A stretch of 19,845 nt of DNA from Tubiluchus corallicola (GCA_030141605.1 JAQGDQ010001944.1:1-19845), one strand, 5' to 3'. Numbered from the stretch's first letter, positions 1 to 10,840 are shown. A program made the numbers and translations. The notes: generated by a model from the letters alone, not told the origin.

Positions 1-307
1 AGTATAGCAGAACAATCTTCTTACCTTGTAGAAGTTTCTAGAACTTTCTATTTCTAGATTGTTCCCTGGCACTGATATATAAGGCGGAGCTGGTCGCTGA
101 AGTTTATTCTCTCACATTCTCTTGTATTCTCGTATTCTCAGATTCTCAGATACGCTTTCACGTTTCCAGATTTTCACATTTACTGTAAACATTTCGCGTT
201 CCTTCATACTTTTGTGTTGTAGAATTCTCGCATGATAAACTAGTTTAATTTGATGAAGTGTTTTCTGGTTTTCTCTACGAGCCTTCCGAGAGAAACAAAA
301 CACAACA
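1..307 (+). mobile_element. 3' part of a putative LTR (Gypsy/BEL-like), cut by the window edge
   Basis: TTCTAGAA-type array, TATATAAG at 76-83, pyrimidine-rich R/U5-like stretch, and terminal ACACAACA ending at 307, followed abruptly by a tandem repeat. The 5' TG end and TSD are not visible. Confidence 0.55.
30..83 (+). promoter_or_regulatory. Perfect four-unit heat-shock element plus TATA box
   Basis: AGAAG-TTTCT-AGAAC-TTTCT at 30-49 equals nGAAn-nTTCn-nGAAn-nTTCn; TATATAAG at 76-83. Confidence 0.6.
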
Positions 308-310
308 GAA

Positions 311-641
311 GCAGGAAAAAAGTCCTCTTTTAGGAGTACTTAGGAGGTACTTGCATACGTGTAAACATTCATTTCGACTTTTAGTAGGATTACAATCGGA
401 GAGCAGGAAAAGAAGTCCTCTTTCAGGAGTACTTAGGAGGTACTTGCATACATGTAGACATTCATTTCGACTTTTAGTTGGATTACAATCGGAGAGCAGG
501 AAAAAAGTCCTCTTTCAGGAGTACTTAGGAGGTACTTGCATACATGTAGACATTCATTTCGACTTTTAGTTGGATTACAATCGGAGAGCTGGAAAAAAAG
601 TCCTCTTCCAGGAGTACTTAGGAGGTACTTGCATACATGTA
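311..641. repeat. Tandem repeat, 92-93 bp unit, about 3.6 copies
   Basis: Units start at 311, 403, 496 and 588 (gcaggaaaaaagtcctct...ggattacaatcggaga). Confidence 0.95.
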
Positions 642-1470
642 AATCACTTGTTTCCAATCACTCATGTAGAATTATTCAGAAGTAACACATGAATGCAACA
701 TATTGTGACTGCTATAAAACCATTCATGCTGGAGTAACCAGAAATAATGCATATGTGAAGATTATACTGACATTAACACTTGAAACTTCTGCACAGGGCT
801 ACAGTTCACAGTATGTTTCCTGAGTATCTTGCCTGACAATTTTTGTCTAAAATGGCAGCGTCAACTGCTGAAAATTATGAAAGAGCTTTGAAAAATCTAG
901 AATATCTTGCAGAACCTCGTACAATGAAGTTACACCAGAACAATGAGCTTGACATTGTCATACAGCTGCAAAAAACACGATAAAAAAATGTGCACAATGA
1001 AACGTTGCTTCCCTTACTTAATGATTATTTTTTTTACAAAATTTTATTATAGAAAGTAGCCTATCCTCTTTCAGGATCACATAGGAGGTACTTGCATACA
1101 TGTAGATCACTTGTTTCCAATCACTCATGGAGAATTATTCAGAAGTAACACATGAATGCGACTGCTACAGAATTACTCAAATTGGACCAATGTCCAGTAG
1201 AGTGTATTTATGAAGACGATACAAACTTTTACACTTGAAACACGTGTAAACTGTGATCTAGAGATCAAAACATATCAAGTTTAATAATTTTGTGTAAGAT
1301 GGCAACGTTCACTGCTCACAACAAAAGAAGAATTCGAAAAGTTGTAAATATTTTTGTGAAACCTTGTAAATCCCAATAAAATTACATGAGAACAATGAGC
1401 CTGACGTTGTCATGACCACCAAATGCAAAAACAATTAGACAATAGAACATTCTTTTCTTTGCTTAAAGAA
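601..1470. repeat. Old diverged tandem duplication (about 601-1030 vs 1064-1470)
   Basis: Near-identical first ~95 bp (taggaggtacttgcatacatgta.atcacttgtttccaatcactcatg), then colinear anchors acacttgaaac, atggca.cgt..actgct and agaacaatgagc.tgac.ttgtcat. Confidence 0.8.
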
Positions 1471-1700
1471 AGACGATGATTTTTCATATACTACCACATT
1501 TTCAAGTCCGGTAAAAAGTATACATTTTAACACAGTTAATACAACGAAGGGGTTTCTGATGAATAAGTAATAGATTAGAAACTTAACATCAGGCGAGCTC
1601 AACTATTGATGACATCACAAACTAACATAATTCTCAACGGCAGAAATATTCCACAAGCGTGTTGCACATGTTTGCGTAAACGAAAATTAAAGTACAGTGC
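1463..1700 (+). mobile_element. Dispersed repeat family A, copy 1 (possible Kolobok-like non-autonomous element end)
   Basis: Aligns colinearly with 7095-7339 and 10838-10985; begins TTAA-AGAA. Confidence 0.75.
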
Positions 1701-1899
1701 TACTGTAAGAGATTCAGTGTGCTGTACGAAAACTAGGTAAGTTTTAAGATAAAAATTCAAGTTTCTCGCATGAGCTGTCGAAGGTGCGTAGTACATCACA
1801 AACTAACACATCTGATCTGAGAAGTACAGCAGTTGTTTTCTGTGCAAATCGTTTCCGAAATGCAGGCGCTAGTGCCCGTCTAACTAGCCACTTCACTGC

Positions 1900-1971
1900 C
1901 TGTATGACGAGAATCTCCCGTCATGAAAATACTATTCCGACTGGTCTGTATGACGAGACTCTACCGTCATG
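1900..1971. repeat. Two 26-bp direct repeats, each an ATGACG-N9-CGTCAT hairpin
   Basis: Copies at 1900-1925 and 1946-1971 with a 20-bp spacer. Resembles subterminal palindromes of MITEs (inference). Confidence 0.7.
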
Positions 1972-2728
1972 CCTAATATGCAAATTAACTGAAGCCTATG
2001 CCAGCGGCAATAATACTTACACACGTCACGTGCAATTGAGAAATCTAGCTTTGAAAACAAAAAGCGGTGGTGTCCTCTGTTGTCTAAAAAAGATGATATA
2101 CGAGCTACAAAACATTCATGTCCAAAAAACGTAGAAAATGAGCAAAAAAGATTGCTGTTACTGCTGAATTGTCGCCTGCTACGTTGCTGTAGGAAGTCGG
2201 AAGTGGTGCTGACCAGCCACTGGCGTAGCGGTGTCTAATTTTTTGCTGGATTACTGCTGCGTTTACATGTCTGAAGGCAGATTTCTTTTATTTTAGCATT
2301 CTGCCTGCCCAATGTCTACAATAGACGTGACGGGCGTATGATGATGATTATTGCCACTGCTGCATAGCTTTCCCGTATCTTTGTCGACTTTGTTGTCCAC
2401 AAAAGGGCCCAGAAAAGATGCAGTGCGGAGCAGATTAGGGACTAGCTTGCAAAATTTGGGACTAAGTCATCAGACAATGGTAGGTGAAGCCAATCCATGC
2501 ATGTAATTAGATATGACTATTTCAACATTATGTGGTTGATGAATTGCGTACATCCAAGCTAAAAATTACAGCATTAGGCCTGCCTTTACTTCTTCTACAC
2601 ACTAGAATGGCTATTGGGTCAAGCATTTGACAGCTCTGCTCTTACATATTTTACAAAAAAACTTGTACACAATACAACATTCAAATTGTGCTGATACAGT
2701 GAAGGATGGACAAAAAGTTACGAAAACT

Positions 2729-3135
2729 GTATGTGTGGATGCTTGCGTGATGCGTATGTGTGAATGCTTGCGTGATGCCTATGTGTGAATGCTTGCGTGA
2801 TGCGTATGTGTGAATGCTTGCGTGATGCGTATGTGTGAATGCTTGCGTGATGCGTATGTGTGAATGCTTGCGTGATGCGTATGTGTGAATGCTCGCGTGA
2901 TGCGTATGTGTGAATGCTTGTGTGATGCGTATGTGTGATTGCTCGCGTAATGCGTATGTGTGAATGCTCGCGTGATGCGTATGTGTAAATGCTTGCGTGA
3001 TGCGTATGTGTGAATGCTCGCGTGATTCGTATGTGTGAATGCTTGTGTGATGCGTATGTGTGAATGCTCGCGTGATGCGCATGTGTGAATGATTGTGTGA
3101 TGCGTATGTGTGAATGCTTGCGTGATGCGTTTGTG
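2729..3135. repeat. 25-bp minisatellite (gtatgtgtgaatgcttgcgtgatgc), about 16 copies
   Basis: Direct 25-bp periodicity; explains the three overlapping His-rich minus-strand ORFs. Confidence 0.97.
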
Positions 3136-4083
3136 CTTGCGTATGTGTGCGTGTATGTGTGACGTGTGCATGCATGTGCATGTACACACATGCATATAAA
3201 CACATGGCGGCTAGGTACCGTCGGCACTTCAATATTATATATTTTGAAGAATTTTTTGAAGCAGAACCATTTTGGCTTGCCGTTTAAAAGCAGATGTTAT
3301 ATCAAACTGATTCGGGTTGATGAATTTAGAAAGGTCTTGAGCCAAAACTGTGCTAATTCATGAATTGGAAAAAGCATCGTACAAAAATTATGATGACATA
3401 TTGAAGAAAATATTGAACTAGAAATATGTTGACAAAGTACCAGATCCAAAACACAAGAAAGCCCTCCAATTACATAAAGCTTAAAAATTCGTCTCGAAAT
3501 TTTATACCACTTGCATACTGCCTTTTCGCATGCAGAACAAGCGTCGGCAGTAACGCTGATAAATCGTGTAAATTTTAAGTCCCACGAAGACTGTTAGTCA
3601 TTTGAAATAATTTTAGATAACGCTGAGTAAAGCTTGAAAAATTATCAGAGCATTCGTAGTGCACACACGTCACTAACTAAATAAAATTTTAAACTACTGT
3701 ATCTTGTCAATAAGATTCAAAAACGTTTTTGGTTAGTGAGTGGCGCACCCTGGAGGGTGGCCAACGACATTTTACCAAATGGCACAAACACTTTAAATTA
3801 TTATTTCTGTCACATGTCTTTCCAGCAGGTAAGCGAAATGCTAAGTAATATAACTTTGCGTGGAAAGTTTTATGGGACCTCGTTTAATATTTCCTTTTCT
3901 TCCCGTGATGTGCGGTGTGCGTATATGACGTCATGTAATGACGCCCTTGGAACAGTATTGTCGAAGATTTAAAATGAAAACAGACAAGAAATCCTTTCAA
4001 CGTGAGTACAATATATGGAAAAAACTCTATAAAGTAATATAATTTTACGGCGACTTTTTGAAACGTACTTCAGGTACCCCTTT

Positions 4084-4084
<1 letters not shown>

Positions 4085-4133
<49 letters not shown>

Positions 4134-4322
4134 AAATCTTTATTTGCCATTTTAAAAACATTGACTATCATAATAGAAGACAGACAATCAGTGTTAGTTC
4201 ATATAAAAACATACACTATTCTCGGCAAATGCGTCTGGTGCAAGCTAAACTATAAGTGCTAAACTAGTTTAGTAAGGTCTAGGAAAAATGAAATTATGAT
4301 TTGAGTAAGTAGCCTGTCCTGT
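4085..4322 (-). mobile_element. Short 3' end of a LINE with (TAC)n tail, same family as 12976-13578
   Basis: (AGT)n at 4085-4132, tttatt (minus-strand AATAAA) at 4139-4144, then ~170 bp highly similar to 12996-13199. Confidence 0.85.
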
Positions 4323-4812
4323 CTTTCCTGTCAGCCACAAATCACAATTCTCTGTTAAATGGAAACGTGTACTACAGGTGGCAGCACCGATCTCGCAATT
4401 CATTTTCTGTAGTATGTCATTGCAAAACTATAGCGACAATCTGTGCACAGTAGGCGCGTATGTTGTACGTCTCAAAGCCAGTTATTACATAATCAGCATT
4501 CTGTGAAGAAACCACTTCTGTCACTATGGGCATGTGGTATCTGCCCATAGATATATAATATTTTTCAAGAATACAGCAACCAGCTTCGTTCATTCCAAAC
4601 TGATCGAGTTACGGGGCATCCTGGTGGCTGAGGAGGATTTCTTGGAGCAGGATACGCTTTGCACACGGCACCAAAATCACTTTAGAACTGCCGTCGCGAT
4701 GTTCGTCTGTTTTTATTCTGCGTTTCAGCGCTTGGAAGAAGATTATTCATCGCATCTTTGCACTGGTTGACTTTGTGCTCGCTAATAAGTTGTGAAGGTC
4801 ACTTGCTACAAA

Positions 4813-4827
4813 ATGCCGCCAAAATTT
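4813..4827 (+). CDS. Single-LIM-domain protein, coding exon 1 (MPPKF)
   Basis: ATG in ACAAAATG context, 5 codons, then canonical donor GTAAGT at 4828-4833. Phase 0 joins exon 2 in frame, and exon 2 has no start codon of its own before the LIM domain. Confidence 0.75.
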
Positions 4828-5304
4828 GTAAGTATTGAAGTCTTCTATGTACAGCAAGTTTACTATGTACCTGTCGTGAAGCGTACGATTTCTTTGTCTT
4901 ATTTTTTATTAGTTCTTAATTATGATCATTAATCATATTATTATATTCTCTTGCTAAAACATTAAAAATCCCACACACGAAATTTCAGTTATAAAATCAG
5001 TCTATTTCTTTATACACAGTCTAAACTTTCATCCTTGAACTAGTATGCATAACATTTACCTTCATTGAATTGCTGGCTTCCTTGCTTCATGGAAAAACTT
5101 ATTTGGTCAATTGGTTTTCAGTGATCTTTGAGTAAGCATGTGACTTTAACTGAGAGAGCAATGTATAGTGTTGTTAATGATTTATAAATCCTGTATTTTA
5201 TTGAATTCTACCTGTATTCTAGTGTCTTAGCAATTACCTTCAGAACTTCTTCATAGTACCAAAAGTTTTAATAAAGATTAAAGTCTTCTAATTGCTGTTT
5301 ATGA

Positions 5305-6147
5305 AGATTTAGATTTAGTTCTCAGTGTAAATACTTACAGACTCGGGTCATTTTTAGGCAACTAAAGTACAGATTTAGATTTAGTTCTCAATGTAAATAC
5401 TTACAGACTCGAGTCATTTTCAAGCAACTAAAGAACAGATTTAGATTCAGTTATCAATGTAAATACTTACAGACTCGGGTCATTTTCAGGCAACTAAAGT
5501 ACAGATTTAGATTTAGTTCTCAATGTAAATACTTACAGACTCGAGTCATTTTCAAGCAACTAAAGAACAGATTTAGATTCAGTTATCAATGTAAATACTT
5601 ACAGACTCGGGTCATTTTCAGGCAACTAAAGTACAGATTTAGATTTAGTTCTCAATGTAAATACTTACAGACTCGAGTCATTTTCAGGCAACTAAAGAAC
5701 AGATTTAGATTTAGTTTCAATGTAAATACTTACAGACTCGGGTCATTTTCAGGCATGGGTTTGTTGTTTTGTTTTGTGGGTTTTTGGACTAAAGAACAGA
5801 TTTAGATTTAGTTCTCAATGTAAATACTTACAGACTCGAGTCATTTTCAGGCAACTAAAGAACAGATTTAGATTTAGTTCTCAATGTAAATACTTACAGA
5901 CTCGAGTCATTTTCAGGCAACTAAAGAACAGATTTAGATTTAGTTCTCAATGTAAATACTTACAGACTCGAGTCATTTTCAGGCAACTGAAGAACAGATT
6001 TAGATTTAGTTCTCAATGTAAATACTTACAGACTCGAGTCATTTTCAGGCAACTAAAGAACAGATTTAGATTTAGTTCTCAATGTAAATATAAGTTTTGC
6101 AACGTTTTGGTTACAGACTCGGGTCATTTTCAGGCAACTAAAGAACA
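5305..6147. repeat. 66-bp tandem repeat, about 12 copies, in intron 1
   Basis: Unit agatttagatttagttctcaatgtaaatacttacagactcgagtcattttcaggcaactaaagaac, interrupted near 5756-5788 and 6091-6110. Explains ORF 5774-6187. Confidence 0.97.
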
Positions 6148-6369
6148 GCCATGCTTAAACTGTGGGCCAAAACAATCTTCTCTTTAAACTAATGAAAGCA
6201 AACCTTGCTATTGTTTTCATTTTAATTTTAGCTAACTGCAAGGAGTGAGTACAAAGCAGCAGGTTTCTTACAGTCGTTTTTCTGATTGCTACAAAACCCG
6301 ACATCCAGATAATTTAACTACAATTGCTCACCAGTCAAAATTCTACTTCAATAAAAACATTTAAATTTT

Positions 6370-6378
6370 AGAGAGAGA

Positions 6379-6441
<63 letters not shown>

Positions 6442-6588
6442 GAGCGAGAGAAAGAAAGAGCGGAGCAGAGAGAAAGGGAGTGGAGCAGAGAGAGAGAGAG
6501 AGAGAGAGGGAGATGTAAGAGAACTTTACTACTGCTGCTATTTCTACTACTGCTGCTGCCACTGCTGCTACTTCTGCTACAACAACAA

Positions 6589-6622
<34 letters not shown>

Positions 6623-6661
6623 TGCAACTGCAACTACAACTACAACTACAACTACTACTAC
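6370..6661. repeat. Compound microsatellite: (GA)n then (CTA/CTG/CAA/CAG)n
   Basis: Read directly; flanked by 32-bp direct repeats at 6335-6366 and 6662-6693. Confidence 0.95.
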
Positions 6662-7094
6662 TCAAAATTCTACTTGAATAAAAACATTGAAATATTTCGC
6701 ACGATTTGATTGTACGAGAGGCAACTCGAATAGTAAAACTATTTATCTACCCTTATTTCGAATCTATCGTATAACAGCCATTGCGTATTCCATGCGTGAA
6801 ATTTGACTTAGGTCGCACAATCGCTGCTATTCTAGTTTGCTTGTTGTACTAGCAAAACTTGGAAAAGCGGTGTCACAGATTCATCCCATATAAATATAAA
6901 GGTTTGACAAGAGCTATATTCGGGGAAGCCATGATTTTCCTGAAATCCTCAAACATCCTCGTTGATGCTGAAGAACATACCATGCACCCCTTGCTGTTCG
7001 CTTCTCAGAAAGTTTCCATAAAGTGTTCCTTTGTTCTCTATGCTTTCAGTACTATGCCTTTAAGACGTATGCCTTTAAGACGTATTTGTAGTCC

Positions 7095-7339
7095 TTAAAG
7101 AATGACAGGATGATTTTTCACATACTATCCCATCTTCAAGTTCGATAAAAAAGTATATATTTTAACACACTTAACGCAGCAAAAGCGTTTCTGATAATTA
7201 AATAATAGATTAAAAGCTTAATTAACGGCAGGCGAGCCCAACTATTGAAGACGTCACAAACGAACATAATTTTCAACGGCAAAAATATTCCACGAGCGTG
7301 TTGCACGTGTTTGCGAAAGCGAAAATTGAAGTACTGTGC
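7095..7339 (+). mobile_element. Dispersed repeat family A, copy 2
   Basis: Colinear with 1463-1700 (caggcgagc.caactattga.gac.tcacaaac.aacataatt.tcaacggca); begins TTAA-AGAA. Confidence 0.75.
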
Positions 7340-7630
7340 ACAAAATTCACGTCGTAATCACAGGTGGGCTTGAACTTTTGGCCACGACTGTAATACTAAG
7401 ACGATGATGGTAAAATTTCAGCTTTCATTGCACAGGCAGATGTAGTCATACACTAACTTTCAGTTTAGTTAAATCTTGACGTCCCAGTTTCCATCAAAGT
7501 GAAAGATGTACTGTACAAAATGGCAATTCAGTGATAATAATTTCATTGCTGGTCAATTTTCTTATTGTATGACTGCATATACTTGTGCACTATGCTGAAA
7601 CTTTGCCACCATGGTCTTAGTGGTATTTAA

Positions 7631-8710
7631 CCCTTATAGGGTCACCGGGGGCATCCCAGTAAACCTTTTCTATGACTTTTTCTAAATATGTTTTGTGAAC
7701 AAAATACTTTCAGTTATTTATTTTAGGCGCATTGTCTCACCACGAAATAAAAGCGAAAATGCAATATGTCGATTTTTTAAAATTGTCGAAACTTTACTTC
7801 GCTTGTCTATACATTTTACGGGCGATGTATCTGATAAAACAAAATGTCAGTTACTCAAATTACTCCACCTAAAAGAAGAAAGTAGTAGACAACAAATTCA
7901 AAATAACAATGATTTTTGCACCACACGCGCTAGCAATGTCGGTGGTCTACAGTTATTCCAGCATAGATAAGGGAACGTAACTAAGTGAATTTAAATTTCG
8001 TATTACTAGTAAGTCACACGTCTTTAAGCAGAGGTATAATGTATCCTATGGTGGTCAGCATAACCACAAATTATGCTGTTGCTGTTTACTCTGTAGCGGA
8101 TAGCCCTATAGGCTGAATAGGCTGAAGCCTAAGGCCCGGGATCAAAAGGGGCCCGGCAAAATAAAACGAAAAAAAATTTTTTGTAAAAAAAAATAAATTG
8201 ACAAAAGAGCATGGGGCCCGCCAAAATAAAAATATAGGAATAAGTACTAATAAGAATAATATAAGAATACTTACTAATAAGTATAAGAAATTAGTAAGAA
8301 ACTAAAGTTACTTTCAGAGTTTCTGATTGGCTTATTTTAGTTGACATCTAACCCAGAAACTCACCAAGCTGTAATCGTGTTTATATAGTCCTAGTCCACA
8401 ACTCAAGGATCAAGAAGATATAATTTTTATCACAATCGGTGGGCAAAAACTCACAAAATTAAACAAACTTACAAACGACGAGAGCTCCACAAAAACACGT
8501 CAGCTCAGCAGTGTAGCAACATTTAAAAGGCCCGTTCCAAGCTCAAGCCTAAGGCCCATAAAATCATAATCCGCCGCTGTAGTTTACTAATGATACACGG
8601 CGGTTTATGAAAAATAATTTACCAATTATGCTGGGGGTAATTTTTACCCCCCCCCCCCCCCCCTCCCGGTTACCAAAATCGGTTGTAAAAAACTCGTGAC
8701 CCTATAATGG
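7631..8710. mobile_element. piggyBac-like non-autonomous DNA transposon (MITE)
   Basis: TTAA at 7627-7630 and 8711-8714. 15-bp TIRs cccttatagggtcac (7631-7645) and gtgaccctataatgg (8696-8710) with 1 mismatch. Subterminal palindrome gggggtaatttttaccccc. No transposase ORF. Confidence 0.85.
8091..8579. mobile_element. hAT-like MITE nested in the piggyBac-like element
   Basis: Termini ctgtagcggat and atccgccgctg form an imperfect 11-bp TIR; aagcctaaggccc occurs near both ends; gtttact on both flanks is consistent with a decayed TSD. Confidence 0.7.
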
Positions 8711-9560
8711 TTAATCAAAGTTGAACGGTGTGTCTCTGTACCTGTTTTGCTGATGAGTTACACCAGCACATTTGCTAACACTTAGCTTGACTCTCAACTT
8801 GCGTGTTTAAGTTTGAAGCAACCGACGAAACACGAATTACAGAACCTGTTGGAGAAACTTTCCATTACACTCTGCGTTCCCGTGCTCCACGATCACGACA
8901 CGTACTCGCGCGTACGCAAACTGCACCTCTGAGTGTTGCCACCAATCCGGAAGCCATCCGCCCCAACGAAAATAAACACTGTGGATTCGGTTTAGAACCA
9001 TCTGTTTTGAGTCTGTCAGCAATTTGACTCATAAGTCTCTGTTTAGTGTACATAATTCTGCTAGGCACATACCCGAATGCGATAGCAAGAGCGGGTGTGG
9101 TATCTTTTTATGCAAATCGCCCCAAACAAGACACATGGCACTCGGGGTGAAGCGTAAATTTGTAAATATGAATGCGTGATCAGATTAAATGATTCTTCTA
9201 ACTGCTAGGATGTAACCCTTGGTGTCCTTTTTGAAGCTTTTTGGCAGATTTCAGGAAAACAATCTTTTTTAAGCGGAATTCCTGAGAGAAGAGTCCGAGG
9301 AAAAAATTGAGTTAATTTGAAGAACACCATAAGAAATAAAACAGAGCAAAACACACATAAGGAGGTTGAGAGAGACGTGTCATTTCTCTCTGAGAAAAAT
9401 TCTCAAAAAAATCAAGTTTTGCAAGTCGGAGAAAGAACTCTTATCATTCCCTATTCCACTCGAGTGTTAAAGAGGGCTATTGTTTCAGATTATGCTTACC
9501 TTATATAAATTTTATTCTTAAATATTCATAGTGGTTTAAAAATCAATAATAACTAAGAAC

Positions 9561-9655
9561 GACTGACAGACAAACGAACAGACAGACACACAAACGGACT
9601 GATTTACTGACTGACTGTCTGTCTGGCTGACTGACTGACTGACTGACTGACTGAC

Positions 9656-9692
<37 letters not shown>

Positions 9693-9860
9693 GACTGACT
9701 GACTGACTGACTGACTGACTGACTGACTGACTAGCTGACAGACTGACTGGCTACTGATTGATTAACAGTCAAACAGGCAAACAAACAAAAAGACGAGACA
9801 AATTGATTGACTGGCTGACTGACTGACTCACTAACTGTACAACCGCAATGACTGACTGAC
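9561..9860. repeat. (GACT)n/(GTCT)n tetranucleotide microsatellite complex
   Basis: Read directly; ends about 75 bp upstream of the exon 2 acceptor. Confidence 0.95.
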
Positions 9861-9935
9861 GAGCTACCTAACCCGTAGGACGTTCTAAGAACAGCAGTAC
9901 CTGTACTGATAATTTTTGCATCTTTAATTTTTCAG

Positions 9936-10060
9936 CAACCAAAACTTGAGAAGTGCGGTGTGTGCACTAAGACGGTGTATGCAGCTGAGAGGATAGAAGC
10001 TGGAGGTGTCATCTTCCACAAAATGTGTTTCAAATGTAAAGTTTGCAAAGTAACACTTCA
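9936..10060 (+). CDS. Single-LIM-domain protein, coding exon 2 (QPKLEKCGVCTKTVYAAERIEAGGVIFHKMCFKCKVCKVTL)
   Basis: Pyrimidine-rich acceptor tctttaatttttcag ending 9935 and donor GTAAGT at 10061. Translation gives C-x2-C-x17-H-x2-C-x2-C-x2-C with the VYAAE motif of CRP/MLP/CRIP-type LIM domains. Ends in phase 2. Confidence 0.95.
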
Positions 10061-10072
10061 GTAAGTATTCAA

Positions 10073-10840
10073 TAACACTATATTCAGTTAACACTGTATT
10101 CACTAACACCATATTCACTTAACACTGTATTCACTAACACCATATTCACTTAACACTGTATTCACTAACACTCTATTCAGTTAACACTGTATTCACTAAA
10201 ACTATATTCACTTAACACTGTATTCACTAACTCTACGTTCATTTAACACTGTATTCACTAACACTATATTCAGTTAACACTGTATTCACTAACACTATAT
10301 TCACTCAACACTGTATTCACTAACACTATATTGAGTTAACACTGTATTCACTAACACTATATTCAGTTAACACTGTATTCACTAACACTATATTCAGTTA
10401 ACACTGTATTTACTAACTCTACATTCATTTAACACTGTATTCACTAACACTATATTCAGTTAACACTGTATTCACTAAGACTATATTCACTTAACACTGT
10501 ATTCATTAACACTATATTTACACTGAAAGACTATATTCACTTAACACTGTGTTCACTGAGACTATATTCACTTTACACTGTATTCACTAACACTATGTTC
10601 ACACTGAAAGACTATATTCACTTAACACTCTGTTCACTAACACTATATTCGCTAACACTGAATTCGCCAACACTATATTCGCTTAACACTGTATTCACTA
10701 ACACTATATTAACTGTCACTATAATCATTAATACTGTATTCACTAGCACTATGTTCACTTACGCTGTACTCACTAACACTATATACACCTAACACTATAC
10801 TCACTAACGCTAAATTCACTTAACACTATATTCACTAACA
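10073..10840. repeat. 31-bp minisatellite (taacactgtattcac + taacactatattcagt) at the start of intron 2
   Basis: Alternating 15- and 16-bp subunits, degenerating towards the 3' end. Confidence 0.95.

Noticed and set aside
311-641. Regular repeats as a CRISPR array (also 5305-6147, 11523-11703, 16495-16790)
   Set aside because: Head-to-tail units without unique spacers, no cas genes, and a eukaryotic context.
852-983. 43-aa small ORF MAASTAENYERALKNLEYL... with good start context
   Set aside because: The duplicated copy at about 1299 does not preserve the peptide, and no domain is recognisable.
2681-3232. His-rich ORFs of 138-183 aa
   Set aside because: Open in all three minus frames because the 25-bp unit lacks stops; a repeat artefact.
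3926-3933. Consensus CRE TGACGTCA
   Set aside because: A single 8-mer in 20 kb is compatible with chance; no supporting evidence.
4552-4595. TATATAA plus TCATTC as the LIM gene core promoter
   Set aside because: Spacing of about 40 bp is non-canonical, and the acceptor at 4728 suggests the TSS may lie elsewhere.
5774-6187. ORF with a 22-aa repeat
   Set aside because: Translation of the intronic 66-bp satellite; GTG start, and a sister unit near 5715 has a frameshifting deletion.
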